Of a DNA stretch of 49,946 nt, positions 24,763 through 34,166 are shown piece after piece; position 1 is the first letter of the stretch; the number at the start of each line of letters is the position of its first letter. The notes beneath the pieces were generated by a model. It saw only the letters and a program-made list of their open reading frames with translations. It searched no databases and was not told the origin of the DNA. The translations under genes were made by a program, and so were the position numbers. The stretch lies in the IMG/VR virus record IMGVR_UViG_3300016667_001321, positions 1 to 49,946 of that record; one strand, 5' to 3'. This stretch comes from a virus. Taxonomy: Duplodnaviria > Caudoviricetes.

Positions 24763-25668
24763 ATGGCTATAAATTTTAATGGCGTAAGAATAAAACCTTG
24801 CGCAGGGGGTGGTGCAGCATCACCTTCCAACAACATAACAAGTTTCGAAACAATAACTGGTGATTCATACACGAAATTTTTGGCACACTTTGACGGTGCG
24901 GATGGATCAACATCTTTTACAGATGATTCATCTAATCCAGGAACAGGAACATTTTCAGGAGCTGCCGCAATAAAGACTGCTCAGTCAAAATTCGGCGGTT
25001 CTTCGTTGTATTTCAACGGCAATAATGCTTCTAAATTTAAGTGCACTAATACTAATAACAAGGTAAACTTTGGTCCTACAGGTGGAAGTAGTTTTACCAT
25101 TGAGTTATGGTTCTACTACATATCACTCATACCTTGGACGTCGCTGATACATTTTAATACTTCAGCTTGGTATCAAGGACCTGCTCTAATAATGAACAAC
25201 GCAGGTCAACTATACCTTGAAAATTCGTATGGAGGATCTTTCCACTACGCGGTGAGCCCAAATTGGGTTCCGCCAACTGGTCAATGGCATCACATCGCCA
25301 TTGTTGGCACTTCAGGTCAACATATCAAAATTTATATTAATGGTACGTTATATGTTACAAGAGCAGGCAGTTATTTTCTTAGCATGCCATCTGCCGGAGA
25401 TATTGGGTTAGGTCATTCTTTAAGTCTACCCGGCGGTCTTCCTGGAGATACCGGAGTGCGTACCATGAATGGATACATTGATGAGGTCAGGTTCTCTGAT
25501 ACTGCTAGATACAGTGCAAACTTCACCCCTTCCACTTCTGCTTTTGGAACAGGAGTTTTAACCTATCCAACAGCAGAACTTGGAAAAATGGCTAAGGATA
25601 GTAATGGCTTTCTTTACGAATGTACTGATGCGGCAGTTCCCACATGGCGCAGATACACCTTAGGTTGA
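24763..25668 (+). CDS. LamG-domain fibre/receptor-binding cassette 1
   Basis: MAINFNGVRIK; HFDGADGSTSFTD; QSKFGG; FTIELW; WHHIA; GYIDEVRFS..ARY. Confidence 0.8.
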   Translation: MAINFNGVRIKPCAGGGAASPSNNITSFETITGDSYTKFLAHFDGADGSTSFTDDSSNPGTGTFSGAAAIKTAQSKFGGSSLYFNGNNASKFKCTNTNNKVNFGPTGGSSFTIELWFYYISLIPWTSLIHFNTSAWYQGPALIMNNAGQLYLENSYGGSFHYAVSPNWVPPTGQWHHIAIVGTSGQHIKIYINGTLYVTRAGSYFLSMPSAGDIGLGHSLSLPGGLPGDTGVRTMNGYIDEVRFSDTARYSANFTPSTSAFGTGVLTYPTAELGKMAKDSNGFLYECTDAAVPTWRRYTLG

Positions 25669-25691
25669 GAAAAATAAAAGGAGATTAAATT

Positions 25692-26561
25692 ATGACTATA
25701 AATTTTAATGGTGTAAGAATTAAAACTTGTACACCAGTCAATTCAAACACAGCAACTTATATTCAACCCGTTGGTGATTCAACGGTTTCTTTGCTTCTTC
25801 ACATGAATGGAGCAAACAACAGCACGACGTTTACCGACAATTCTTATACGCCTAAAACCGTCACCGCTTACGGCAATGCTAAGATCAGCACGGCTCAAAG
25901 CAAATTTGGCGGAGCTTCGGCGGCTTTTGACGGAAGCGGAGATTATCTTCTCTTAGATAATACTGCAGATTTAGCCTTTGGAAGTGGCGCTTTTACCATC
26001 GAAGGATGGGTGTACTTAAATTCTGTTGGTTATCAAACTATTTTTTCAAAACATACGCCATCAGTCGCTGCAGACGTTGGATTTTCTATCAACAATTCTA
26101 CATCAGTTATATTGGGTCTAAATAACACTCCAGGTGGATTTGTTAGGACTGTCCCTACTATTTCAGCCAATACCTGGTATCACTTTGCAATAGTAGGAGG
26201 AGGTTCTGGGGTCATCAAGATATACTGGAATGGTACTCAAGCTGGGGCTGATATTGCTGCGGCATCTGTGAATAATAACGTACAAAAATGGATTATAGGT
26301 GCAGATCAATGGAGCAATCCTGCCTATTTCTTCAACGGCTATCTTGACGAATTTAGAATCACTAAGGGGTTAGCACGTTACACCGCAAACTTCACGCCTC
26401 CCACCTCGGCTTTCTCAAATGCAAATGGATCTGTTGAGCTACCATCGAGCCCAATAGTTGGACAAGCTGTCTATTCTGATGATAGAGCTTACATCTGCAC
26501 GAGTGCCTCACCAGTTACCTGGAAGGTGTTCGATCAGGCAGGCAGAAACATCAATATCTGA
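25692..26561 (+). CDS. LamG-domain fibre/receptor-binding cassette 2
   Basis: MTINFNGVRIK; LLLHMNGANNSTTFTD; QSKFGG; FTIEGW; GYLDEFRITKGLARY. Confidence 0.8.
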   Translation: MTINFNGVRIKTCTPVNSNTATYIQPVGDSTVSLLLHMNGANNSTTFTDNSYTPKTVTAYGNAKISTAQSKFGGASAAFDGSGDYLLLDNTADLAFGSGAFTIEGWVYLNSVGYQTIFSKHTPSVAADVGFSINNSTSVILGLNNTPGGFVRTVPTISANTWYHFAIVGGGSGVIKIYWNGTQAGADIAAASVNNNVQKWIIGADQWSNPAYFFNGYLDEFRITKGLARYTANFTPPTSAFSNANGSVELPSSPIVGQAVYSDDRAYICTSASPVTWKVFDQAGRNINI

Positions 26562-26583
26562 TTAAGAATAATCAATAAAAACT

Positions 26584-26622
26584 TTCAGGACCTCGGCCTT
26601 TCGACCTTGGTCCTGAATTTTA
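26584..26622 (+). terminator. Repeated terminator, copy 1
   Basis: TTCAGGACC..GGTCCTGAA-TTTT; near-identical copies at 27681 and 28839. Confidence 0.8.
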
Positions 26623-26694
26623 TTAATGACTAATTCATAATTGAATTTATATTTATTCTTAAGAGATGTCTACAGATGTCTCTGAGGAGTAGTT

Positions 26695-27663
26695 ATGGCT
26701 ATAAATTTTAATGGCGTAAGAATAAAACCTGCATCTGGTGGTGCTGGTGGTGGAGTTTCCTGGCCTGGCGATGGAACAAAAATTTTGGCAGGAGATGGTT
26801 CACAGGTTGTTGTCGGTGATGGTCTGGATTTGTCTGCAGGTACGCTAACCGCAGGTGGTTGGCAGACAGTTCTAGATATAGACTTTACAACTCAAGCTGC
26901 TCAGACTTTCAGCACTGATGGCACATACGTGATCGCTGGGAAAACCTTTACAAAAGGCAATTCATCTTCTGAAGCAACTTCTGCAGCAATTATTCCTTCT
27001 GAAGGATTAAAGTTTATGCCTAGCGCTGGGTCCGATTATAACGGCAGCAGTAGAACAATGCCCTATCTTTGGACGCCCTTAAGCGGAATACTTCCGCAAA
27101 ATATTGAATTTAATCCAGGCAGTCGAGTTCGCCTGTATGTTTCTTTTGGTTCTAACAATATAAGCACCACTTATGATAATTTTGTTCTTGGTTTTGACAC
27201 TAACTCCACGACTTGGGGAATTGTTATAAAAACTGGCTACGGTACAGGTGGCGTAAATCCAACAACAGCTATTTTTTGGGATGTAAATGGAGGCGGAGGA
27301 AGCGTAGCAGGCAATGGAACTGTCTTTTTAAATGGATCAACCTCTTATTCATTAGGCGTCAGCGGAAAAAGAACTTTTTGTTTTGAATTCGGGTCGGTGA
27401 ATAATTTAGGACCTGCTTTTACCAGCGTAATGGAGCATAGAAGCGGAAGTATGAATCCTGGTGATGCATTTCCATCTTTGAACACGTTTTCTCCTGGTTT
27501 GTTTTGCAACCACAAAAATTCTCAAGTTAATGATTGGTCAAGTTCTTATATGAGTAATGGCCCTTGGAATTCTTTAGGGATTTTTCTAGGTATGCAAAGA
27601 GCTGGTGGAACTGCTGGGTTGCACGGAAGATATCAAAGAGTTAGGCTAGATATACTGGCATAA
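26695..27663 (+). CDS. Fibre/receptor-binding cassette 3 (different beta-rich C-domain)
   Basis: MAINFNGVRIKP; SWPGDGTKILAGDGSQVVVGDGLDLS shared with cassette 4. Confidence 0.75.
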   Translation: MAINFNGVRIKPASGGAGGGVSWPGDGTKILAGDGSQVVVGDGLDLSAGTLTAGGWQTVLDIDFTTQAAQTFSTDGTYVIAGKTFTKGNSSSEATSAAIIPSEGLKFMPSAGSDYNGSSRTMPYLWTPLSGILPQNIEFNPGSRVRLYVSFGSNNISTTYDNFVLGFDTNSTTWGIVIKTGYGTGGVNPTTAIFWDVNGGGGSVAGNGTVFLNGSTSYSLGVSGKRTFCFEFGSVNNLGPAFTSVMEHRSGSMNPGDAFPSLNTFSPGLFCNHKNSQVNDWSSSYMSNGPWNSLGIFLGMQRAGGTAGLHGRYQRVRLDILA

Positions 27664-27680
27664 TCAAGTTATATTAATAG

Positions 27681-27718
27681 TTCAGGACCTCGGCCTTTTA
27701 GCCTTGGTCCTGAATTTT
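27681..27718 (+). terminator. Repeated terminator, copy 2
   Basis: TTCAGGACCTCGGC..GCCTTGGTCCTGAATTTT. Confidence 0.8.
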
Positions 27719-27773
27719 CATGACTTTTTGATACTTTGTAAAGCAGATACATATACCTAATTTAGAGGACTTT

Positions 27774-28736
27774 ATGAGTATAAAATTAAATGGTGTTAGA
27801 GTAAGACCTGCCTCGGGAGGAGGCGGTGGTGGTGTTTCCTGGCCTGGTGATGGAACAAAACTTTTGGCCGGCGATGGTTCGCAGGTCGTTGTTGGCGATG
27901 GCTTGGATTTATCAACAGGAACATTATCGTCTAGAATTGCAACTGCACAACTAAACGCAGAAAGTAACACAAAATTTCTTATGCATTTTGAAGGCGCTGA
28001 TTTTACTGATGTTTCAGCTAATCCATTAACGCTAGTCGTAAATAACAGCGTAACAATAACGAGCGCCCAATCAAAATTTGGAGGAACTTCCGGATATTTT
28101 AACGGCAATGCTTCGAATATACTTAGAGCCACTAGCGCAACAAATAAAATAAGTTTTGGTACAAATTCATTTACATTAGAAGGATGGTTTTACTTTAATT
28201 CTATTAATGCTGGATATCAACCTATTCTTAGTTTCGCAAATAGCGGGGACCAACAAGGACCGCTTATTTACGTAGAAACTAATAACACTCTCGGATTTTT
28301 TGCATCATCCGATGGCTCCAACTGGGCATACAGCATGTTTTCCAGCGTGGCTCTAACAGCTGGTACGTGGCATCATATTGCTCTCGTGGGAACATCTGGG
28401 CAGCACATGAAAATATATTTAAATGGAACAAATGTAGCAACAGTCAATGGCGCATATGATGTATTTACAAGCGATAATTTTTATTTTGGACATTATCCAT
28501 ATTTTCCTGGGGGCGCAAGAACATTGAATGGATACATTGACGAAGTAAGATTCTCTAATACCGCTAGATATTCCAGCGATTTTGCTCCATCTACTTTTCC
28601 ATTCTCGGCATCAACAGTTTCATATCCGCAACCAGAAACTGGCATAATCGCAACAGATCAAGACAACAATAATCTTCTTTTATGTATTGATGGAAACAAC
28701 AACATATGGAAAAAAATTGCTCTTTCATATTTGTAA
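27774..28736 (+). CDS. LamG-domain fibre/receptor-binding cassette 4
   Basis: N-terminus like cassette 3; LamG domain like cassette 1 (VGTSGQH, NGYIDEVRFS). Confidence 0.8.
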   Translation: MSIKLNGVRVRPASGGGGGGVSWPGDGTKLLAGDGSQVVVGDGLDLSTGTLSSRIATAQLNAESNTKFLMHFEGADFTDVSANPLTLVVNNSVTITSAQSKFGGTSGYFNGNASNILRATSATNKISFGTNSFTLEGWFYFNSINAGYQPILSFANSGDQQGPLIYVETNNTLGFFASSDGSNWAYSMFSSVALTAGTWHHIALVGTSGQHMKIYLNGTNVATVNGAYDVFTSDNFYFGHYPYFPGGARTLNGYIDEVRFSNTARYSSDFAPSTFPFSASTVSYPQPETGIIATDQDNNNLLLCIDGNNNIWKKIALSYL

Positions 28737-28838
28737 TAAAGATGAAATTTTCGCTTGTTCTAACATCTCTTCTTTTGTTTGAAAGAATCTTGATAGAACA
28801 ACTTCATAAGCTGTGACAGTCTAACACGACAAAAACTA

Positions 28839-28880
28839 TTCAGGACCACGGCTAAAAAGGCCGTGGTCCTGAATTTTTTA
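28839..28880 (+). terminator. Repeated terminator, copy 3
   Basis: TTCAGGACCACGGC..GCCGTGGTCCTGAATTTTTT. Confidence 0.8.
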
Positions 28881-28936
28881 TTTATTTGTATTTGGATAAC
28901 ATCAAATAATTATTAGGAGATTATTCTTGATATCAC

Positions 28937-30871
28937 TCATGCGTCACGCCACAAATTATTTGAAGCATACACAAGAATCTCTTCTGCACTTTCGGCGGTG
29001 TATCCATGATCCTTGATGAGTGTTGCCACCATCTCATTGTACTTTTCCTTCTGCTCCTCGTCGCGAGTTTTGCTCTTGGTCACGACTCGAGCAAGTGATT
29101 TGACCGATGAGATGAGGAATGATTCAATGGCTTCTCGGAGTGGTTCATAGGAACGGAATCCAACCTTTTCACCACGACGCATCTTGGCGAACATGTAGGC
29201 AGCAACGTCGGAGCGGAAACCATCACGGGCTGAACCGCTGATACCGATCTGTTCCTCGATGGAAGCCATGAACTGTTCGTCTGGCTTTCTCTCTTCCTTT
29301 GTAACACGATCCTTGAGTTTGACACGGGTCGTGTATGCTTCAGCGTTGTCAAGGTATGTATCAAAGAGGGATTGAGCTTGTTCCTCGTATGCGGAGATAA
29401 ATGCCTTTGCGATCTCATTCTCAAGGATCTTGAGGTATTCTTCTCGTACCGTCTTCTGGAGGATTTCTAGGCACTTTGTCTTGAACGTCTCGTCGTTGAT
29501 CTGCTCCTTCACCATCTTGGTCAAAGACTCAATGACAGAAACTGGTGTAATCATTCCCTTGTCGGATGCCGTGAGGGCATTGTCCAATGCCTTGGTGATG
29601 AAACGCGTAGAGATACCATCCATACCTTCGTGTTTAGCTTCCTCACGAAGATCCTTGATGTCGACCTTACGAACGCGACCCTTTTCAAGGACGTCCTCGC
29701 CGTTATAGATCTTCATTTTCGTCAATAAATCACATTTAGCTGATGGCTTCAAGCGGCTCATGACCGAGAACATTGATACAACCTTGAGGGTGTGAGGTGC
29801 GATGTGTGCCTTGAAGTCTGATTTACCTAGCATCTTCTCATAGATCTTCTGTTCCTGATCCACCTCAAGACAGTATGGAACTGCGATCTTCACAATGCGG
29901 TCCATGATGGCCTCATTGGTGTGTTCTGACTGGAAGCGATTCCACTCAGCTTCGTTGCAGTGTGCGAGGATGACTCCGTCGAAGTGAAGCATATCGCTCT
30001 TTCCAGGTGATGGAACCCTCTTCTCCTGTGTGGCGGTGATGATGGTGTGGAGGAACTCAATCTCGTTCTTGAAGACCTCGACCAGCTCCACGATGCCACG
30101 GTTACCTACGTTGAATGCTCCCGTGAGCGAAAGAGCTCGTGGATCATCCTCGGCAAACTTATCCAACTTAGAGATATCTACCGACCCAATGAGAACAGAC
30201 ACGTCCTGACTATTAGCATCCATTGGAGGAACAGCCGCGACACCTCTACGTCCACGTTGTGAGAATGTCGTCTCCTCAACCTCGAAGTCCTCATATTTAC
30301 CGCCGTAATCGTTGAGAAGCTTGTGGCGGGCGACTGGTGAAATATCTCCATCGATCTTCACGTTGAGTGCCTTCTCAAATTCCGAGCGAAGAGAACGTGG
30401 TACGAGTTGCAGGGGTTCACCACGATGAGGATCTCCCTTGAGGTGATAGTACTTCTTGCCTTCGAGCGCACGTTTAATGTGCTCGGTTAATGCTGACTTA
30501 CCAGCTCCAACTGGTCCCATGAGAAGAAGAACCTGACGAGATTCCTCGCCCTTATGTGCAGCTGAAGACAGGAACGACATGACCTTGTCAATGACTGTCT
30601 CCATTCCGAAGAATTCACCTTCAAAGTACTTGTGGACCTTCACGGCATCGCCATCGAACACCTTGAATTTACGTGAATCCGAATCAGGCATCACGTAGGA
30701 ACCATGTTCCTCAATGGCCTCATATAACCTACGATGCGCTGATTTTACTATCGACGGTTCTTTCTCGACGAGGTCGACGTAATCCATAAGATTACCAGAG
30801 AACTTTTTTGTTTTGGATGACTCTTCTCGAGCCGTTTGAATTTGTTTGAGTAGTTGCTTCTTGACGCTCAT
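28937..30871 (-). CDS. prkA: PrkA/YeaG AAA+ ATPase/serine kinase
   Basis: FFGME; LLLMGPVGAGKS; GNRGIVELVEVFK; ATQEK; NEAIMDRI; HIAPHTL. Confidence 0.92.
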   Translation of the reverse strand: MSVKKQLLKQIQTAREESSKTKKFSGNLMDYVDLVEKEPSIVKSAHRRLYEAIEEHGSYVMPDSDSRKFKVFDGDAVKVHKYFEGEFFGMETVIDKVMSFLSSAAHKGEESRQVLLLMGPVGAGKSALTEHIKRALEGKKYYHLKGDPHRGEPLQLVPRSLRSEFEKALNVKIDGDISPVARHKLLNDYGGKYEDFEVEETTFSQRGRRGVAAVPPMDANSQDVSVLIGSVDISKLDKFAEDDPRALSLTGAFNVGNRGIVELVEVFKNEIEFLHTIITATQEKRVPSPGKSDMLHFDGVILAHCNEAEWNRFQSEHTNEAIMDRIVKIAVPYCLEVDQEQKIYEKMLGKSDFKAHIAPHTLKVVSMFSVMSRLKPSAKCDLLTKMKIYNGEDVLEKGRVRKVDIKDLREEAKHEGMDGISTRFITKALDNALTASDKGMITPVSVIESLTKMVKEQINDETFKTKCLEILQKTVREEYLKILENEIAKAFISAYEEQAQSLFDTYLDNAEAYTTRVKLKDRVTKEERKPDEQFMASIEEQIGISGSARDGFRSDVAAYMFAKMRRGEKVGFRSYEPLREAIESFLISSVKSLARVVTKSKTRDEEQKEKYNEMVATLIKDHGYTAESAEEILVYASNNLWRDA

Positions 30872-30904
30872 GTTGTTATGTATACCTCTCCCTGCTCCAG
30901 TGTA

Positions 30905-32215
30905 TCAAATCTCCCAAGTTTCATCTTCAATAACCGTGAAAAACTTCACATCGCTACCCCATAGGGTCTTGACATGTTCCACGACCTTATTGGCATGACT
31001 TAATTCTAGATCTCGACCATCATGCTCATGTTTGATGATCAATGTGCCATCTCTCTTTACGTCGTCCACAAAGACAGCTGGAATTGATCCACCTGCCACT
31101 TGGTTGACAAGATCTTTCTTAACCTCTTCCCAGCCTAAATCATCTGAAACTTCATCGACCGTGATTCCTTCGTGACGTTTTGATGAGTACGTGAAGAGAT
31201 TGAGATCCACGCAATCCTCCTCCGTGAGATATTGACGGAGGAAAGAAGCATCATGGCATGTCTCCCTTGCGATGAAACACTCTTCAATGCCATGTCTCTC
31301 CTTGATCTTCTGGAAGAGATGGAAACCTAAGTGATAAGGATTTATCGCGCCCACATGCGGTCGGACCACTTGGTTGTGCATTTTGATAAAAGGTAAATGC
31401 ATACCATCAGGCAGATCTAATTCATGACACATGGTGTAGTGCCAGTAGGAAGCCCAACCTTCATTCATCACCTTCGTTTGAATTTGTGGCCAGAAGTACT
31501 GACCTTCGTCACGACAGACGTCAATTATATCACGCTTCCAGTCAGGCATCTTACCATGTTCTGAGATAAAACCTAACAGGTCGTAATCGGGTTCTAGCGG
31601 AATTCTGTTGACATCGAAATTCTTGTATTCATTTTTCTTGTCGTTGTTCATCAGTTCAACGTATTCCGCCTTGAGCTCCGCGTGCGTTCTGCGAATTTGC
31701 CCATACTTCGTCGTCTGAAACTGTATTGCGTGACAGGCATCTATCACCTCTTCCACGTTTTCCACACCAATGTTGGGATTCTCAATATAAGACTGGATTC
31801 TCTTCTTCGCCGCTCTGAACCGAGGCACGACTGTCTCAGGACGTGTGGCCTTGAACATCCTGTTGTTCTTAAAGAAATCGCTATGTCCAACGCAATGCGC
31901 CATGATGAGGATCTGCAGGTATAGTGGATTCTCACGCATGAGGTAAGCGATCGACGGATCGCTGTTGATGATTAATTCATACGGCAAACCTTCCATACCT
32001 AGGTTATAACGGTGGAAGGTTTGTTCGAACGTTTTACCGTAAGACCAATGATCGAAGTGCGTAGGAAGACCATGATAGGCCATGGCACCGATCATTGAGT
32101 AATAATCGAGGGTTTCATAGGCAATCTCAAACCAATCGAGATTGTGACCCTTGGCCAACTTGCAGATTTTATCATCCCATTCTGCCAATGTATCTAATGT
32201 GTAATCCATTTTCAT
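30905..32215 (-). CDS. spoVR: SpoVR/YcgB family protein
   Basis: HWSYGK; YELIINSDPSIAYL; AHCVGHSDFFKNN; QTKVMNEGWASYWH; INPYHLG. Confidence 0.92.
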   Translation of the reverse strand: MKMDYTLDTLAEWDDKICKLAKGHNLDWFEIAYETLDYYSMIGAMAYHGLPTHFDHWSYGKTFEQTFHRYNLGMEGLPYELIINSDPSIAYLMRENPLYLQILIMAHCVGHSDFFKNNRMFKATRPETVVPRFRAAKKRIQSYIENPNIGVENVEEVIDACHAIQFQTTKYGQIRRTHAELKAEYVELMNNDKKNEYKNFDVNRIPLEPDYDLLGFISEHGKMPDWKRDIIDVCRDEGQYFWPQIQTKVMNEGWASYWHYTMCHELDLPDGMHLPFIKMHNQVVRPHVGAINPYHLGFHLFQKIKERHGIEECFIARETCHDASFLRQYLTEEDCVDLNLFTYSSKRHEGITVDEVSDDLGWEEVKKDLVNQVAGGSIPAVFVDDVKRDGTLIIKHEHDGRDLELSHANKVVEHVKTLWGSDVKFFTVIEDETWEI

Positions 32216-33384
32216 CCTTTGGTCAAAGACACGCCTGTACCACCCATCAATGTTCTAAAAGCAGGCCATACGTCTGCCTTCTCTACCACTCTAACGGTCT
32301 TTAATTTTGGTCCGACGAGAGGTTGCATCGTTGTATGGAGCTTGTCTTGATTGTAATACCTTTCAGGTTCAATCTCGCAGTAACCGTACAGCTGACAGAT
32401 GTCTTTTAGCTCACGTGCGAGATTTATGAACTTTTCATTATCAGATGAGAAGTTATCGCCATCGGACGCCTGAAACGTGTAGATGTTCCACGATGATGGA
32501 TGAAATCGTTTATCTATCTCTTGTAACGTCAGCTCCAAAGCGCTGGATGCAATCGTTCCTCCGCTGGTCGCTTCCGTGAAGAATTCTTTCTCTTCGACCA
32601 CCCTCGCCTCAGTGTCATGCGTGATGAAAACGACCTCGACCGTTTCGTACTTGGACCTGATGAACTGGTAGAGTAAAAAGAAGAAAGATCTTGCCAGGAA
32701 CTTCTTGTCTTGCGTCATAGACCCGCTGACGTCCATCAAGAAGAATATGACTGCGTTAGTGCAAGGTTTCGGTGTGACCTTGAAGTGTCTGTACCTCAGA
32801 TCATCTTCGTGGAAAGAGAAGGTTTCTCCTTCTTCGGCTTTTTCAGGATCAAATCCAGCCGCCTTCATTCTCTTGATTCGAGCGATTGCAGACTTCTTCT
32901 TGTCCAAGCGTGGAAGAATACCGTCAGTACGATACCCATTTCTCTTTAATTTATCAGCTGATATGTTCGACAGCTGACGTCTCTGCAACTCAGGAAGCTG
33001 TAGTTCGGCAAAGAGATACTCGGCGAGTTCTTCTAATGTGATCTCAACGTCGTAGTACTCTTCTCCTTTTTTGTCGCTGGCCTTCTGAGGTTTTCCTTGA
33101 CCTTGCTGCTGTCCCTCACCGATTTTTTGGCCTCGTTTGACATCCTTGCCCGGAGCCGATCCAACCTGCTTATTGCCGTTGTTGTCACCGTAGACAAACT
33201 TGTATTCCTTAATTCCTCTAACAGGAACTCTGAACTTTTTCTTGCCATCTTGACCTATGATGCTCTCATCAGCGACAATATGATGAATACCATCTCGAAT
33301 TGCCTTCTCGATTTTCTGTTTGTGACGACGTCGATCGGAGGCGGATCGATCAGCGATTGTCTTATGTTCCTTAAAGATCGACAT
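32212..33384 (-). CDS. yeaH: YeaH/YhbH (DUF444) vWA protein
   Basis: DRRRH; DDLRYR; AVIFFLMDVSGSM; SGGTIASSA; WNIYTFQASDGDN. Confidence 0.92.
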   Translation of the reverse strand: MSIFKEHKTIADRSASDRRRHKQKIEKAIRDGIHHIVADESIIGQDGKKKFRVPVRGIKEYKFVYGDNNGNKQVGSAPGKDVKRGQKIGEGQQQGQGKPQKASDKKGEEYYDVEITLEELAEYLFAELQLPELQRRQLSNISADKLKRNGYRTDGILPRLDKKKSAIARIKRMKAAGFDPEKAEEGETFSFHEDDLRYRHFKVTPKPCTNAVIFFLMDVSGSMTQDKKFLARSFFFLLYQFIRSKYETVEVVFITHDTEARVVEEKEFFTEATSGGTIASSALELTLQEIDKRFHPSSWNIYTFQASDGDNFSSDNEKFINLARELKDICQLYGYCEIEPERYYNQDKLHTTMQPLVGPKLKTVRVVEKADVWPAFRTLMGGTGVSLTKG

Positions 33385-33417
33385 AGTTTTTATTATACTT
33401 CATTCTGAGGTTTATTT

Positions 33418-34089
33418 TTAACCCAAACGTTCTTTTTCGAATCTTTCCACACCAGCTCTAGATATTCGTGCTAACAACGAATCGACATCGACGTCTTTGT
33501 CACTAAGACGTTCAATAAAACTATCATGATTGGATAGAAGTTTTTGAAAGATAGAATTCTCATTTCCCTTCGGGAAATATGCATTATCAAGCACGGGATC
33601 TCCTACCCACCGTCCTGTAATTTTATCAAGATTCCAATTTCTAACTCTACAGTCATCGGAATCATCTTCAGGAGTGGCTTTCTTGTCATCATCTGCGTAA
33701 AAATTATCAAGAGCCGCTTTTTTGCGGGATCCCTGTTTGCTCCATCCTCTCACGGCATCGTCAGTAAGCGAATTTCTGTCAGGTATGAGTGGACCTCCAA
33801 CAGCAGCAAACATCGCTGGGTATAAAATCCCACCATACCCTCGTCCCCCGGCCATTTTAATTTCCCATGCGCCTGCGCAACGTTGTTTAGGCTTTTGTGC
33901 GGCAATGTATCCAACGACCCCTTGTGAGACATCGTCCAAATTCTTTTGAACCTGAGATGGATAATATAAGGTGATAGCCTTCATACCCCAATCGCTGGCG
34001 TCTTCATAGAATCCTGCTAGCTCTTCCGTGGGAGAACTAACTTCCATTAAAACTTGTCTGATGAATCTTCTAAGTTGCGTTTCTGACAT
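33418..34089 (-). CDS. GNAT-like protein with LRxxIR leader (paralog family A)
   Basis: MSETQLRRFIRQVLME; VGYI..C.GAWEI...GRGYGGILY..LIPDR.S...TPEDDSDDC. Confidence 0.6.
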   Translation of the reverse strand: MSETQLRRFIRQVLMEVSSPTEELAGFYEDASDWGMKAITLYYPSQVQKNLDDVSQGVVGYIAAQKPKQRCAGAWEIKMAGGRGYGGILYPAMFAAVGGPLIPDRNSLTDDAVRGWSKQGSRKKAALDNFYADDDKKATPEDDSDDCRVRNWNLDKITGRWVGDPVLDNAYFPKGNENSIFQKLLSNHDSFIERLSDKDVDVDSLLARISRAGVERFEKERLG

Positions 34090-34094
34090 CCAAG

Positions 34095-34123
34095 TGTAAA
34101 TATACAGGCTGCCATGTTAATCT
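34095..34123 (+). promoter_or_regulatory. Putative early-type promoter TGTAAA-N17-TAATCT
   Basis: Overlaps the late-type ATATTTA motif of the divergent 34089 gene. Confidence 0.5.
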
Positions 34124-34166
34124 TTCGAAAGTAAGCACAAAAAACGCTTATAAGAGGGTTACTCAA

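Noticed and set aside
24763-28736. Diversity-generating retroelement or invertible shufflon
   Set aside because: No reverse transcriptase or recombinase in the window, no TR/VR pair differing only at adenines, and all cassettes are co-oriented with their own starts.
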